In this document: positions 42,202 through 51,928 of the stretch, in pieces
Layout of the letters: every line of letters begins with the position of its first letter
Position numbering within the stretch: position 1 is the first letter of the stretch
NCBI GenBank assembly: GCA_039815185.1
Contig: JBCBZT010000001.1
Coordinates: 32,001-96,000, forward strand
Length of the DNA stretch: 64,000 nucleotides
Reading direction: 5' to 3'
Source: Cyanobacteria bacterium P01_A01_bin.123
Lineage (GTDB): Bacteria > Cyanobacteriota > Cyanobacteriia > Phormidesmidales > Phormidesmidaceae
The notes under the pieces: generated by a model
The model's input: only the letters and a program-made list of their open reading frames with translations
Database searches by the model: none
What the model was told of the DNA's origin: nothing
Position numbers and translations under genes: made by a program

Positions 42202-42708
42202 ATGGCAGATTTCTCCAAAACCCCTCAATCCATTGCGCTAAGCCATCTAGACGCCCAAGGGCAAGCAAATATGGTCGATGTTTCAGGTAAAACTGAGACC
42301 GTTCGACGGGCGATCGCGACTGGCACCATTCGTATGACCCCGGCCACCCTCACCGCAATCGAATCTGGCAACGCGCCCAAAGGTGATGTCATTGCCACGG
42401 CAAGACTAGCGGGCATTATGGCCGCAAAACAAACTGCCCAACTGATTCCTCTATGTCATCCACTGCCGCTGCAAAAGGTCGCCGTTGACATTACCCCTGA
42501 TGCACAACTGCCAGGGTATCGACTCCAAGCCGAAGTCAAAACTAAAGCTGAGACGGGTGTCGAAATGGAAGCGCTGACCGCCGTTTCTGTGGCAGCGCTA
42601 ACCCTCTACGACATGGCTAAAGCGCTAGAGAAGTCAATGGAAATCGGTCACATTCGACTCCTTAGCAAAACGGGTGGGAAATCTGGAGACTATCAGGCAA
42701 AGGCTTAA
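42202..42708 (+). CDS. moaC: Cyclic pyranopterin monophosphate synthase MoaC
   Basis: [47 protein letters not shown]. Confidence 0.96.
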   Translation: MADFSKTPQSIALSHLDAQGQANMVDVSGKTETVRRAIATGTIRMTPATLTAIESGNAPKGDVIATARLAGIMAAKQTAQLIPLCHPLPLQKVAVDITPDAQLPGYRLQAEVKTKAETGVEMEALTAVSVAALTLYDMAKALEKSMEIGHIRLLSKTGGKSGDYQAKA

Positions 42709-42788
42709 AACAAAAAATAATCAACACTGTAGTGTCAAGCCACACCGTAGAATTAGGGTAGTTCCGATATTTTTCATAGATAGAATCC

Positions 42789-43082
42789 ATGCCTCCACGC
42801 TGGCCTCGTAAACCCGATCGCGCCAATGACCCTGACTATCGCAAGCTCGAAGACCGCATGAACTTTGCCGTCCATGTGGGCCTGTTTGCCGCCACAAACT
42901 CAGGCTTATGGTTTGCCCACACGATTAATCCCCAGTGGGTCACTTGGGTCGGTTGGGTAACCCCTATTTGGCTGTTGGCTTTGGTTGGGCACGGTGTTTA
43001 TATCTTTGTGATCGCCGATTACTCTTGGCCCCTGTTGTCTTCAACTGATTCAGCCGTTAACGATCCCGCTGATTCTCCCTAG
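42789..43082 (+). CDS. 2TM domain-containing protein
   Basis: MPPRWPRKPDR..DPDYR.LEDRMNFAVH followed by two hydrophobic segments. Confidence 0.8.
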   Translation: MPPRWPRKPDRANDPDYRKLEDRMNFAVHVGLFAATNSGLWFAHTINPQWVTWVGWVTPIWLLALVGHGVYIFVIADYSWPLLSSTDSAVNDPADSP

Positions 43083-43095
43083 AGGAAATTGACCC

Positions 43096-43404
43096 ATGGC
43101 TTATGCAGGTTCTACCGAAGCAATTGAATCCCTCGCCGCAGAAATCGCGGAAAACATTTATATCGACATCGCCAAATGGCATTTATATTTGGGCGATGCC
43201 AAACTGCATACACCTCTAGCAGAGAAGCTTTATCCAATACTGGTTAATGATTCCCTCAGCGAAGACAAGGTGCTGGAAGTGCTCAAAGGGATTTCTATCA
43301 AGGTTGGCGGAGGGCGTCGAGAATTGCCCCTAGTGGATCTGTTGCCGATGCAGTGTCAAATGAACCTAATCGACCTGCTTGAAGACTATCAGCGCAAGCT
43401 GTAG
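43096..43404 (+). CDS. DUF3181 family protein
   Basis: IYIDIAKWHLYLGDAKL...VGGG...LPL.DLLP. Confidence 0.85.
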   Translation: MAYAGSTEAIESLAAEIAENIYIDIAKWHLYLGDAKLHTPLAEKLYPILVNDSLSEDKVLEVLKGISIKVGGGRRELPLVDLLPMQCQMNLIDLLEDYQRKL

Positions 43405-43644
43405 CCTCAAACCCTGAGCGATTCACCGTTGAGGCGGCGGCTAATTAAGTTTATTTAAGTCTGTGCCAGTACCATCCTTGTTGCTCCGGAAGCTAGGCAA
43501 GCGGTTCGGAATAGAGGCGCTTTTTGGTGGAGATACTTTCATCAAAAGGTATCTTCTACAGGTCGTGATTTCTGCTCAAGAAATCACTCAAGTCCTGTCG
43601 TCAGACCATCAATGATCTAATTGCCCCAGCACAAGGAGACTCCC

Positions 43645-44805
43645 ATGAAATCGGCCACCTTTTTAGGAGTATTAGGTGGGATTGTTCTGGGCCTATCAGC
43701 CTGCAGCAGCCCTGATGAGAATACAGCGCAGGTATTAGAAACTAATGCTTGTAAAGCTTGCAACCTCAAGGGGGTTGATTTATCGAATGCCGACTTGAGT
43801 AACGCGGATTTGAGTGATGCAAACCTCAAAAACGCCAACTTACAAAACGCTAATTTATCGGGTGCTAACTTAGCTGGGGCCAATTTATCAGGGGCAACCC
43901 TGACCGGAGCAGATTTACGCGAGGCTGATTTATCTATCGTTGAGTGGGAAGGGGCTAATTTAGCCAATGCAAATTTAGCTGGGACTGAGTTTGTAGGGGT
44001 TATGTTGAATGATTTAAATCTCAGTGGTGCTGATCTTTCAGAAACCGATCTCACCAATCAGGTTATGAACAACACCAATCTGGTTAATGCCAATCTGCAA
44101 GGGGCTAATTTAGAAGGGGCCTTTTTACAGGACAGTAATTTAAGTGGTGCCAATTTAACCGGCGTCAACTTGGCAGGTGTTAGGGGCGACTACATTACCA
44201 ACGAGCGGACTATCTTGCCCGACGGCCAACATGCGGCAAGGCCTGCTAACGCAGTCGCCACAGGTGATGCACCTATAAACGGAAGCAATGGCAGCAGGGA
44301 GTTGCAAAACTTTCATTTCTTAGAGGTTTGCCAAGGGCAGGGGGTATCTGATGCCATGCCATATGATCCTGCTACCCTTTCTGAAGGAAGCGTCGCTCTG
44401 ATGACCCTAGTGTCCCCGACACCGGAGCAGGGCTTTGATGTCAGCACCGATTATTTGAGAAACTGGCAATCCACTCAGCTACCAACCGTTTCTGTGGTGG
44501 CGTGCGTACAAGAGAATATGAAGGCTGAACTGATCGAGACCTGCAGTTACTACGGTGAATCAAAAGATGTCGCCATTTTGATTGTCCGCTATCGTAGTGA
44601 ACTCACCGTGACGCTTAGAGCCGCGCAGACTGGAGAGCAAATTGCTCAAACTGTTTTTACACGAGAGGCAAAACCCTGCTCTTCAATAACTTTGGTGAAT
44701 ACAGTGACGGTTCAAAACCCTGAATATTACGTTGAACGACCCGAATCTGAGTTTAGAGACGCGTTAGAAAGCTGGGTTCAACCCCATGTAGGACAACCAT
44801 TCTAA
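43645..44805 (+). CDS. Pentapeptide-repeat lipoprotein with unknown C-terminal domain
   Basis: AAGGAG RBS; lipobox LSAC; C..C followed by many A(D/N)L.. repeats; Cys-containing C-terminal domain. Confidence 0.88.
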   Translation: MKSATFLGVLGGIVLGLSACSSPDENTAQVLETNACKACNLKGVDLSNADLSNADLSDANLKNANLQNANLSGANLAGANLSGATLTGADLREADLSIVEWEGANLANANLAGTEFVGVMLNDLNLSGADLSETDLTNQVMNNTNLVNANLQGANLEGAFLQDSNLSGANLTGVNLAGVRGDYITNERTILPDGQHAARPANAVATGDAPINGSNGSRELQNFHFLEVCQGQGVSDAMPYDPATLSEGSVALMTLVSPTPEQGFDVSTDYLRNWQSTQLPTVSVVACVQENMKAELIETCSYYGESKDVAILIVRYRSELTVTLRAAQTGEQIAQTVFTREAKPCSSITLVNTVTVQNPEYYVERPESEFRDALESWVQPHVGQPF

Positions 44806-45815
44806 AGCCGAATTTGCTGTAAATGTTTGCGTGGATCTGTGGTGCGGCGATCGCGAATTTTCTCATAAAGCGATCGCTCATCACCACTCAAATCCTTGGG
44901 TGGGGTGATGATAACGCGCACAAGCTGATCCCCACGCCCGCCTTTGCGATCAGGCCAACCTTGGCCCCGCAGCCGTAGCGATTGCCCAGAACGAATACCT
45001 GCAGGCACATTCACCGTCACAGAACCGCTGGGGGTCGGCACTTCAATTTTGCCCCCCAAAACCGACTCATCTGGGGTAATGGGAACCTCGCACACGAGGT
45101 TATCCCCTTCAAACTGAAAGAAATCGTGGTTTAGCAGGTTGACGACAAGATAGACATCCCCTTGACGCTGGGTGTAAGGGTTCATCTGGCCTTTGCCCCG
45201 TAGCCGAATCTTAGTACCCTGTTTAGCACCGGGGGGAATCCGCACATCCACAACGTTATTCCCAATCCTCAGGCGCTTTTGAGTACCGCTGAAGGCTTCA
45301 GATAGGGTGAGGGAAATATTGGCCTCTTGATCGAAGTTAGTCGCTTTGGTACCGGCCCCAGTGGCAAAATTGTCGCCCCCAGGAAAACCGCCCCCAAACC
45401 CACCCGTCCCTGGCGGGGTGCGATAGTTGCTATAGCCTCGACCTGCCCTAGCCCCTGGCGCACCCGTACCCATGCGGCCCAAAAGTTCGTTGATAAACTC
45501 GTCAAAGCTGCCATAGGCACCGAAGTCAAACCCGCCAAAATCTGTCGGGCTACCGGCATAGCCGCCGCCTGCGCGATCTGCTTGCTGCCAATATTGACCA
45601 AACTGGTCGTATTTCTTCCGCTTATCAGCATCAGAGAGAACCTCGTAGGCCTCTGAGACCTCTTTGAATTTGGCTTCTGCTGCTTCATTGCCAGGATTGA
45701 CATCGGGGTGATACTTACGCGCCAGCTTACGGAAGGCACGCTTGATGTCATCGGCACTGGCAGATTTACTGACCCCTAGAACACTGTAATAATCTTTGAA
45801 GCCAGTGGCAGCCAT
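44802..45815 (-). CDS. DnaJ-class (CbpA-like) co-chaperone
   Basis: [21 protein letters not shown]-rich linker, DnaJ_C domain. Confidence 0.92.
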   Translation of the reverse strand: MAATGFKDYYSVLGVSKSASADDIKRAFRKLARKYHPDVNPGNEAAEAKFKEVSEAYEVLSDADKRKKYDQFGQYWQQADRAGGGYAGSPTDFGGFDFGAYGSFDEFINELLGRMGTGAPGARAGRGYSNYRTPPGTGGFGGGFPGGDNFATGAGTKATNFDQEANISLTLSEAFSGTQKRLRIGNNVVDVRIPPGAKQGTKIRLRGKGQMNPYTQRQGDVYLVVNLLNHDFFQFEGDNLVCEVPITPDESVLGGKIEVPTPSGSVTVNVPAGIRSGQSLRLRGQGWPDRKGGRGDQLVRVIITPPKDLSGDERSLYEKIRDRRTTDPRKHLQQIRL

Positions 45816-45939
45816 TCCTAACCCTCCCCAAAAGTTTGTCCAAAGGTTCGCTAAAATTTTTGTCGGCACCTCGTAGAGATAGCCTAGCAAACCAAAGGAC
45901 AGAGTCAGGTTCGGTTCTCTCACCGTCGCGATCGCTTTT

Positions 45940-46197
45940 TTAGCTGCTCGCAGATCCAGCCAGTTGACGCGACTCTTGAACCTGCAACTGGACACAGGGA
46001 ATACGATTGGCTAAGACCGCTCGATCCATCTGGTCAATGTAGATTTCAAGATGAGCATCAACCGGGGCGTCAAACATCAACCGCTGCCCTGGAAATATGA
46101 TCCGCTCAAAGTACCAATCGCTGACGTTAGCAATGCGGGCCACCTGGAGGTGATTGCTGTTATTGGCGTAATAGCAAGTTGTTTGATTTAAACTCAT
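45940..46197 (-). CDS. DUF1830 domain-containing protein
   Basis: CYYANNS..LQVARI.N...[21 protein letters not shown]. Confidence 0.85.
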   Translation of the reverse strand: MSLNQTTCYYANNSNHLQVARIANVSDWYFERIIFPGQRLMFDAPVDAHLEIYIDQMDRAVLANRIPCVQLQVQESRQLAGSASS

Positions 46198-46809
46198 TGT
46201 TTTGTTAATTGTAAAAACTGCTACCAACTCAAATCTGCTGAATCAAGGACGACACCTTACGGGTTTTCAAAGCGAGAGACTATCAAATCTAATTGAGCCA
46301 AAGGTTAACTCAAATGCGACTCATCTTGAGAATAGCGATCTGTATTTTTCTACCTGCATGATTCCCAAAAATCACTGAAAACTTTTATGCAATCGCCCTA
46401 GAAATATCACCGAACGCTGACATCAAAAAACACCGCCCTAAAGCATTGAATTCTCTAATACAGGAAGCTCTGCGCAAAGAGAAGTCAAAAATCAACATTT
46501 GGTTCCTTGGCCCTAGGTTGGTGTCATTATTTAAAGCACCGATTTTCTACACAGGTAGGATTTCTTGGGGAGGAAACACACGTCAACACAGGGTAATCAG
46601 TGATCGTAAAAAAGCGGTTAAGTTCCGATCTAATTCATCCAATCTAGTCCAACCATCAGGGTGAGGCGCTAAATTCGACTGAAATATAGCGCAGCTAGGC
46701 CAATCAGCCCCAGCAAACTCAGCGGAACCCAAAAATCAATCGGTTCAATCATGGCTGACCTCGCACTTTACCCTGATAATAAGCTCCTACTGATATCGGA
46801 AATTGTGCC

Positions 46810-49395
46810 ATGACCCCGGCAGACTGCGTCACCTGGCTGCAAGAGCGAACGGCGCTCAATGCTTTGAGTACAGAAATTTTGACGGCGATCGCACCGCTAT
46901 TGCAAACCCGTCTTATCCCTGCCGACCAGCGCCCCGTTGTCGCGGGCAACATTCCGGATGGGTTGTGGATTTTGCGCCGAGGTAGGGTTGAGAGCGATCT
47001 GAATCGCCCCCGCCCAATGAGCTATTTGCCAGGGACAGTCATCAACCTGCAAGCGCTGCTGCTGAATCAACCCACCCAGGTCACCCTGATCACCCTAGAT
47101 GAGTGCGAATTTTTGTTTGCCCCTGCCGCCGCCTTTCAAACGGTAGTCGAACAATATCCGGTGATTACCCAACTGTTTACCCGCCGCTTGGCTGAAACCG
47201 TTGCAGAACTCTCGTCTCAGCTCAGTTTTGAACAAGAACGGCAGGCCATCCTGCGTCCTTATCTGGTTACCAAGGCCCGGCGGGGCATCATTGGCCGTAG
47301 CCGCTATGGCCAACGGTTGCGATCGCAGATTAAAGACGCCTCCCAAAGCCGTAGCTCAGTGCTGATTTTTGGTGAACCAGGCCTCGAAAAAGATAATGTG
47401 GCAGCGCTGATTCACTATGGGTCATCTCAGCGCCGAGAGGCGATCATCCAGGTAGACTGCGCTAAGGTGCAAGCGAGCGGTGCCGATTTGTTTGGCCGTG
47501 CTGGCGGTAAACCGGGACTGATTGGAGCCTTAGGAGAAGGCACGCTGGTGCTCAATAACATTCAAGAGTTGCCAGCGGAACTGTTACCCGCGATCGCCCA
47601 TCTACTCAAAACCCAGATCTACTCTCCCGTACGACAGGCCTCTCAGGGCAGCCGTTCTACCGTCAATTTTGCTGGCAATGACCCCGAAAACGCGCCAGAA
47701 AACGCGTTCAAGTCGTCAGTTAAAACCGCTCAAGCCCGGATCATCCTGATTTCAGAAAAGCCGATTCCTGAAATCAATTCCCTAGTGACGCTCAAGATTA
47801 AAACGCCGCCGCTACGGATTCGCAAAGCCGACATCGAAGACTATGTGAACTATTACATCAGCTTAATTTGTCGATCACGGGGAATTAATCGACCCAACCT
47901 GACCCCAGAAGCCCTGCGACGACTACAAGCCTACGATTTCCCAAACAATCTACGAGAGCTGGCTAGCCTAGTAGAACGCTCTCTTTCACAACTCAGTTCG
48001 GGAGCAAACATTACTGAAGAAATCATTTGGCCTTCCCAGAGTAGAAAAAAACAATTTCGCTTTAACCTGCTCAATGCATACCCTGGTTTTCGTAACTTTT
48101 TGCGCAGCCCCTGGTGGCCCGATCGCATTAATTACGGCTTTACCCTGGGATTCTTTGCCCTAGTGGTGGCGATTTTATTCGTGGGACCCCAAACCCGTCA
48201 GGAAAACTTTGCCCTCAATCTGTTTTGGACTTGGTGGTGGCCGCTGATTTTGCTTAGTTTTCCCTTTGTGGGACGGCTTTGGTGTGCTATATGTCCCTTT
48301 ATGATCTACGGCGAAGTGACCCAAAAACTGTCCCTATGGCTGGTGCCACGCCAACTTAAACACTGGCCACGCCAGGAGGCTGAGCGCTGGGGCGGCTGGT
48401 TTCTGTTTAGCCTATTTGTCCTAATTTTGCTGTGGGAAGAACTCTGGGATTTAGAAAATACCGCCTATCTGTCAGCTTGTTTGCTGCTGCTGATTACGGC
48501 AGGTGCGATGATTTTCTCGACCATTTTTGAACGGCGGTTTTGGTGTCGCTATCTGTGCCCAATCGGCGGCATGAACGGTCTGTTTGCCAAACTGTCCATG
48601 ACAGAATTGCGGGCTCAGCAGGGGACCTGTTCAGCAGAGTGTACAACCTATCAATGCTATAAAGGCGGGCCACAAAAAGGTGAAGGTCAAGCAACGAATG
48701 GTTGCCCCCTTTATTCTCATCCGGCTCAACTTGAAGATAACCGCGACTGCGTGTTGTGCATGACCTGTCTGAAAGCCTGCCCCCACCGATCTGTTGAGCT
48801 AAACTGGCGGCCCCCCGGTATCGAGCTGTGGACCACCCACGTCCCCCGCAGCTACGAAGTGGCGCTGCTGCTCTTGCTGCTCGACGCAGTATTTCTCCAT
48901 CGCCTGCCAGAAATTCTAGAGCGGTTGGGGTTGACAGTGGATCTGGGGAATTTTGGTATTCACAGTGTGATAGCTGTTTTCGCCCTATCTCTGCCTGCCC
49001 TGCTACCCCTATTGGCCCACCAAATTCTCAAATTATTCTGTGGTCTTGGCAAGATCAAGCCTAAACCCTTTGTGGACTTGGCCTATGGCTATTTACCCCT
49101 ACTGCTGTGCGCCAGCCTGGCCCATTATTTACATTTGGGCTTAACCGAAGGCGGTCAGGTATTATCAGTCAGCTTTGCGACCTTTGGCTTGAGTCAAGCT
49201 GGTGTGCCCGTCTGGATTGCCCATCCGGCAGTGATTGCCTTTTTGCAAGGGGCAGTGCTGATTGTAGGCGCGATCGCCTCTGTATGGCTATTGCAACGCA
49301 TCGCCCGCCAGCCCTTTCGGCTTTTGTTGCCTCAACACGGCTGCACTTTCGTCTTATGTGGATTACTGTGGCAGGTGATTGTGGGGGTTAGATAA
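46810..49395 (+). CDS. cNMP-binding + degenerate sigma54-activator-type AAA+ + membrane 4Fe-4S (NapH/YccM-like) fusion protein
   Basis: N-terminal CAP-like domain; IIGRS, VLIFGEPGLEKD, PPLRIRK.DI, YDFPNNLREL; transmembrane region with GRLWCAICP, RFWCRYLCPIG, DCVLCMTCLKACP. Confidence 0.85.
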   Translation: MTPADCVTWLQERTALNALSTEILTAIAPLLQTRLIPADQRPVVAGNIPDGLWILRRGRVESDLNRPRPMSYLPGTVINLQALLLNQPTQVTLITLDECEFLFAPAAAFQTVVEQYPVITQLFTRRLAETVAELSSQLSFEQERQAILRPYLVTKARRGIIGRSRYGQRLRSQIKDASQSRSSVLIFGEPGLEKDNVAALIHYGSSQRREAIIQVDCAKVQASGADLFGRAGGKPGLIGALGEGTLVLNNIQELPAELLPAIAHLLKTQIYSPVRQASQGSRSTVNFAGNDPENAPENAFKSSVKTAQARIILISEKPIPEINSLVTLKIKTPPLRIRKADIEDYVNYYISLICRSRGINRPNLTPEALRRLQAYDFPNNLRELASLVERSLSQLSSGANITEEIIWPSQSRKKQFRFNLLNAYPGFRNFLRSPWWPDRINYGFTLGFFALVVAILFVGPQTRQENFALNLFWTWWWPLILLSFPFVGRLWCAICPFMIYGEVTQKLSLWLVPRQLKHWPRQEAERWGGWFLFSLFVLILLWEELWDLENTAYLSACLLLLITAGAMIFSTIFERRFWCRYLCPIGGMNGLFAKLSMTELRAQQGTCSAECTTYQCYKGGPQKGEGQATNGCPLYSHPAQLEDNRDCVLCMTCLKACPHRSVELNWRPPGIELWTTHVPRSYEVALLLLLLDAVFLHRLPEILERLGLTVDLGNFGIHSVIAVFALSLPALLPLLAHQILKLFCGLGKIKPKPFVDLAYGYLPLLLCASLAHYLHLGLTEGGQVLSVSFATFGLSQAGVPVWIAHPAVIAFLQGAVLIVGAIASVWLLQRIARQPFRLLLPQHGCTFVLCGLLWQVIVGVR

Positions 49396-49510
49396 GCGAT
49401 CGCCAGAGCATTATTGGAACGATAAAAAGATTGACAAAATAATGTTAGGTGACGTTGTGTAGGCTGGTGTTTTTAGCAAGTTTCGCGAAAATTAAAATTG
49501 ATAGTCTTAA

Positions 49511-50452
49511 TCAATAACCCAGGCTTCTATCAACCCCTGGAGGAATTTCTCCGTTCGACAAAAATTTGTTGATGTGATCGGCAGTAATTAACGAAGCGGT
49601 CTGCTTGTTAGTGGGAGCTGAAATATGGGGCAAAACCGTGATGTCGGGATGAGACCAAAGCGGGCTTTGGGGCGGCAGGGGTTCTTCATCAAAAACATCC
49701 AAAACGGCATGGGAAAGATGCCTGGTATTCAGATGAGCCACTAAAGCCACTATCTCAACAATTGGGCCGCGGGCAAAATTAATCAGCGATGCCCCCGTCG
49801 GCAGCAGGTTCAAGGTTTCATGGTCCAACAGACCCTGGGTCTCGCTCGTCAACGGCAGCAGGCAAACGAGAATCGTGCTGCGCCGCAGCAAATCGGCAAA
49901 CCCCTGCTTTCCAGTCACTGTGGTGACGCCCTCAATATCAACCCGAGAACGGCTCCAACCGAAAACGGTAAATCCCTGCTGAACTAGCTTTTTTGCTGCC
50001 GCTTTGCCCAGACTGCCGAGGCCCAGCAATCCGACGGTTCTTTGCGTAGGCAGGGGTAGGGGCTGCGGTTGCCAAATTTGAGCTGCTTGCTGTGCCCGGT
50101 AGCGGGGCATGTCGCGGTGCAGATAGAGCGTCCAAGCCAGCACTGCTTCAGCCATGGTTGCAGCCAGTTGCGGGTCAGTCATTCGCACAATGGCAAAGTC
50201 GGCCCCTTGGGTTTCAGCTAAAAGCCGCTCCACACCCGCCCAAAGGCTTTGAACCCATTTCAACTTGGGGAGGGTAGTCAGATCGGCTGGACAGGGGTTG
50301 GCGACAACCGCAACCTCAGCTTTGCTGCGCTGTGCGGTCGTTAGCGTCTCGATCGGCAATATGTCATGGTTGGGCAGGGCTGCTGATAGGGCTTCAAGCC
50401 AAGCCTGCTTGTCTTCAGCAGTTAACTGCGCCACAAACGGGATAATGCTCAC
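49511..50452 (-). CDS. ghrA: Glyoxylate/hydroxypyruvate reductase A (D-2-hydroxyacid dehydrogenase)
   Basis: SLWAGVE, GLLGLGSLG, LLPLT.ET, INFARG, LDVF..EPL, LPHISA. Confidence 0.85.
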   Translation of the reverse strand: MSIIPFVAQLTAEDKQAWLEALSAALPNHDILPIETLTTAQRSKAEVAVVANPCPADLTTLPKLKWVQSLWAGVERLLAETQGADFAIVRMTDPQLAATMAEAVLAWTLYLHRDMPRYRAQQAAQIWQPQPLPLPTQRTVGLLGLGSLGKAAAKKLVQQGFTVFGWSRSRVDIEGVTTVTGKQGFADLLRRSTILVCLLPLTSETQGLLDHETLNLLPTGASLINFARGPIVEIVALVAHLNTRHLSHAVLDVFDEEPLPPQSPLWSHPDITVLPHISAPTNKQTASLITADHINKFLSNGEIPPGVDRSLGY

Positions 50453-50559
50453 ACGGAACGACGAAATGCTTTTGACCTTGATTGTAAACCCAACGCTAAA
50501 GCTACCGCCCCTAGGCCCATCCAGGTAGATGGTTCAGGGACTTGAGATTGTCGTAAATC

Positions 50560-51615
50560 CTAAGGTTCAAACCGCCAGACAATTGGTTCCCAACCGTAGG
50601 CCTCTCCCTGGGGACGCACATGGCCCAAGCCAGGGAAGGGCATATGTGGCACCAGGAGCAATCGGCGATTGGCCGTTACCTCTGACAGCAATTGCTTGCG
50701 AGTCTCTACCCCTTGCTGCGGATCCGCGTCGAAGATAATTTCCCAATCCGGATTTTCTAGGTTGAGGGGATCGCTGAAAAACACATCCCCGGTTGCGACT
50801 AATGAGTCTTCTCCAGCGGTAATCAAGAAGGCAACCTGGCCAGGGGTGTGCCCCACTGCGTTCATCGAGCTAATCCCAGGAATGACGTCATCGCCGATTT
50901 GGAATAGGGTCCGACGGTCAGCGATCGCAGCTAAACGCCCCTGAGCCACGCCTACCAAATTTGCCTGGGTTTCTTCATCCAGCAATGAATTGGGCATCTC
51001 TACCGTCGGAGCCGTCCAAAATTCCCACTCCGCTTGAGACAAATAATACTGAGCGTTAGGGAATTGCAGTTGCCCAGCATCATCCAAAATCCCGCCAATG
51101 TGATCGGGGTGAGCATGGGTCAAAATAACCGTGTCAATATCCGTTGCAGGTACACCTGCTTTTTCCAGATTGTCCACCACGTGACCTACCGAGGGACCAA
51201 ATGTGTCCCCCGCCCCAGTGTCAATCAAGACTTTGTGCTCGTCAGTTTCAACGTAAAGCGTATTGACATGGGCAAACACATCCTCTGTGGACAAAAAATG
51301 TTCTGTTAGTACAGCTGCTACTGCATCCGGATCGGCATTGGGTAGAAAAAAGCTGACGGGAAATGACAACGTGCCATCACTGACGACCATGGCATTGAAG
51401 TCACCGACTTTGAAGTGATAGACCGCTGTATTATTTGGCGTTTCAGGAGATTCAGTCTCGACCAGCGGTTGCGCCAGCGCCAGCTTACCCGTTTGTAGGT
51501 GGCCCGTTTGTCGGTAGCCTTCGTTAAATAACGAGACTCCAAGCGTGAAGAAAATGGCTAAAGCTAACAGCCCCCAACGCTTCACTTGTTTCGAGATATG
51601 CAATTTAGCGTCCAC
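50560..51615 (-). CDS. Exported MBL-fold metallo-hydrolase (methyl-parathion hydrolase-like)
   Basis: LIDTG, THAHPDHIGG, GHTPG, GD, HMPFPGLG; N-terminal hydrophobic signal-like segment. Confidence 0.88.
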   Translation of the reverse strand: MDAKLHISKQVKRWGLLALAIFFTLGVSLFNEGYRQTGHLQTGKLALAQPLVETESPETPNNTAVYHFKVGDFNAMVVSDGTLSFPVSFFLPNADPDAVAAVLTEHFLSTEDVFAHVNTLYVETDEHKVLIDTGAGDTFGPSVGHVVDNLEKAGVPATDIDTVILTHAHPDHIGGILDDAGQLQFPNAQYYLSQAEWEFWTAPTVEMPNSLLDEETQANLVGVAQGRLAAIADRRTLFQIGDDVIPGISSMNAVGHTPGQVAFLITAGEDSLVATGDVFFSDPLNLENPDWEIIFDADPQQGVETRKQLLSEVTANRRLLLVPHMPFPGLGHVRPQGEAYGWEPIVWRFEP

Positions 51616-51928
51616 TCAACTCTCCTAACTCTAATAACGCTATCTCTAGCTTTGACTATTCTCTATGACGATTAGCATTTTGAATTAAAAATGGCTGAGC
51701 AAATTCAGTCAATCCCCTCAACAGATTGAGGCAAATGCAGCAGTAGATAATAATTTCTCTTTGTTACTATTTTTGAGATCTACGCTCTGATTCCAAACCA
51801 GAGAAATACTGAGGTAGATAATCAAAAGAAGGGTTACTCTGCTACCGTACCTTGGCGGACTCCTAACTTGTCCTGTGGGCCTGTTTTTGCCTCCAGGCAT
51901 TATCCTCATCTGAAGTGTCCCCTGCCCT

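Noticed and set aside
43770..44185. Low-complexity 15-bp periodicity at DNA level
   Set aside because: Fully explained by pentapeptide repeats in the protein.
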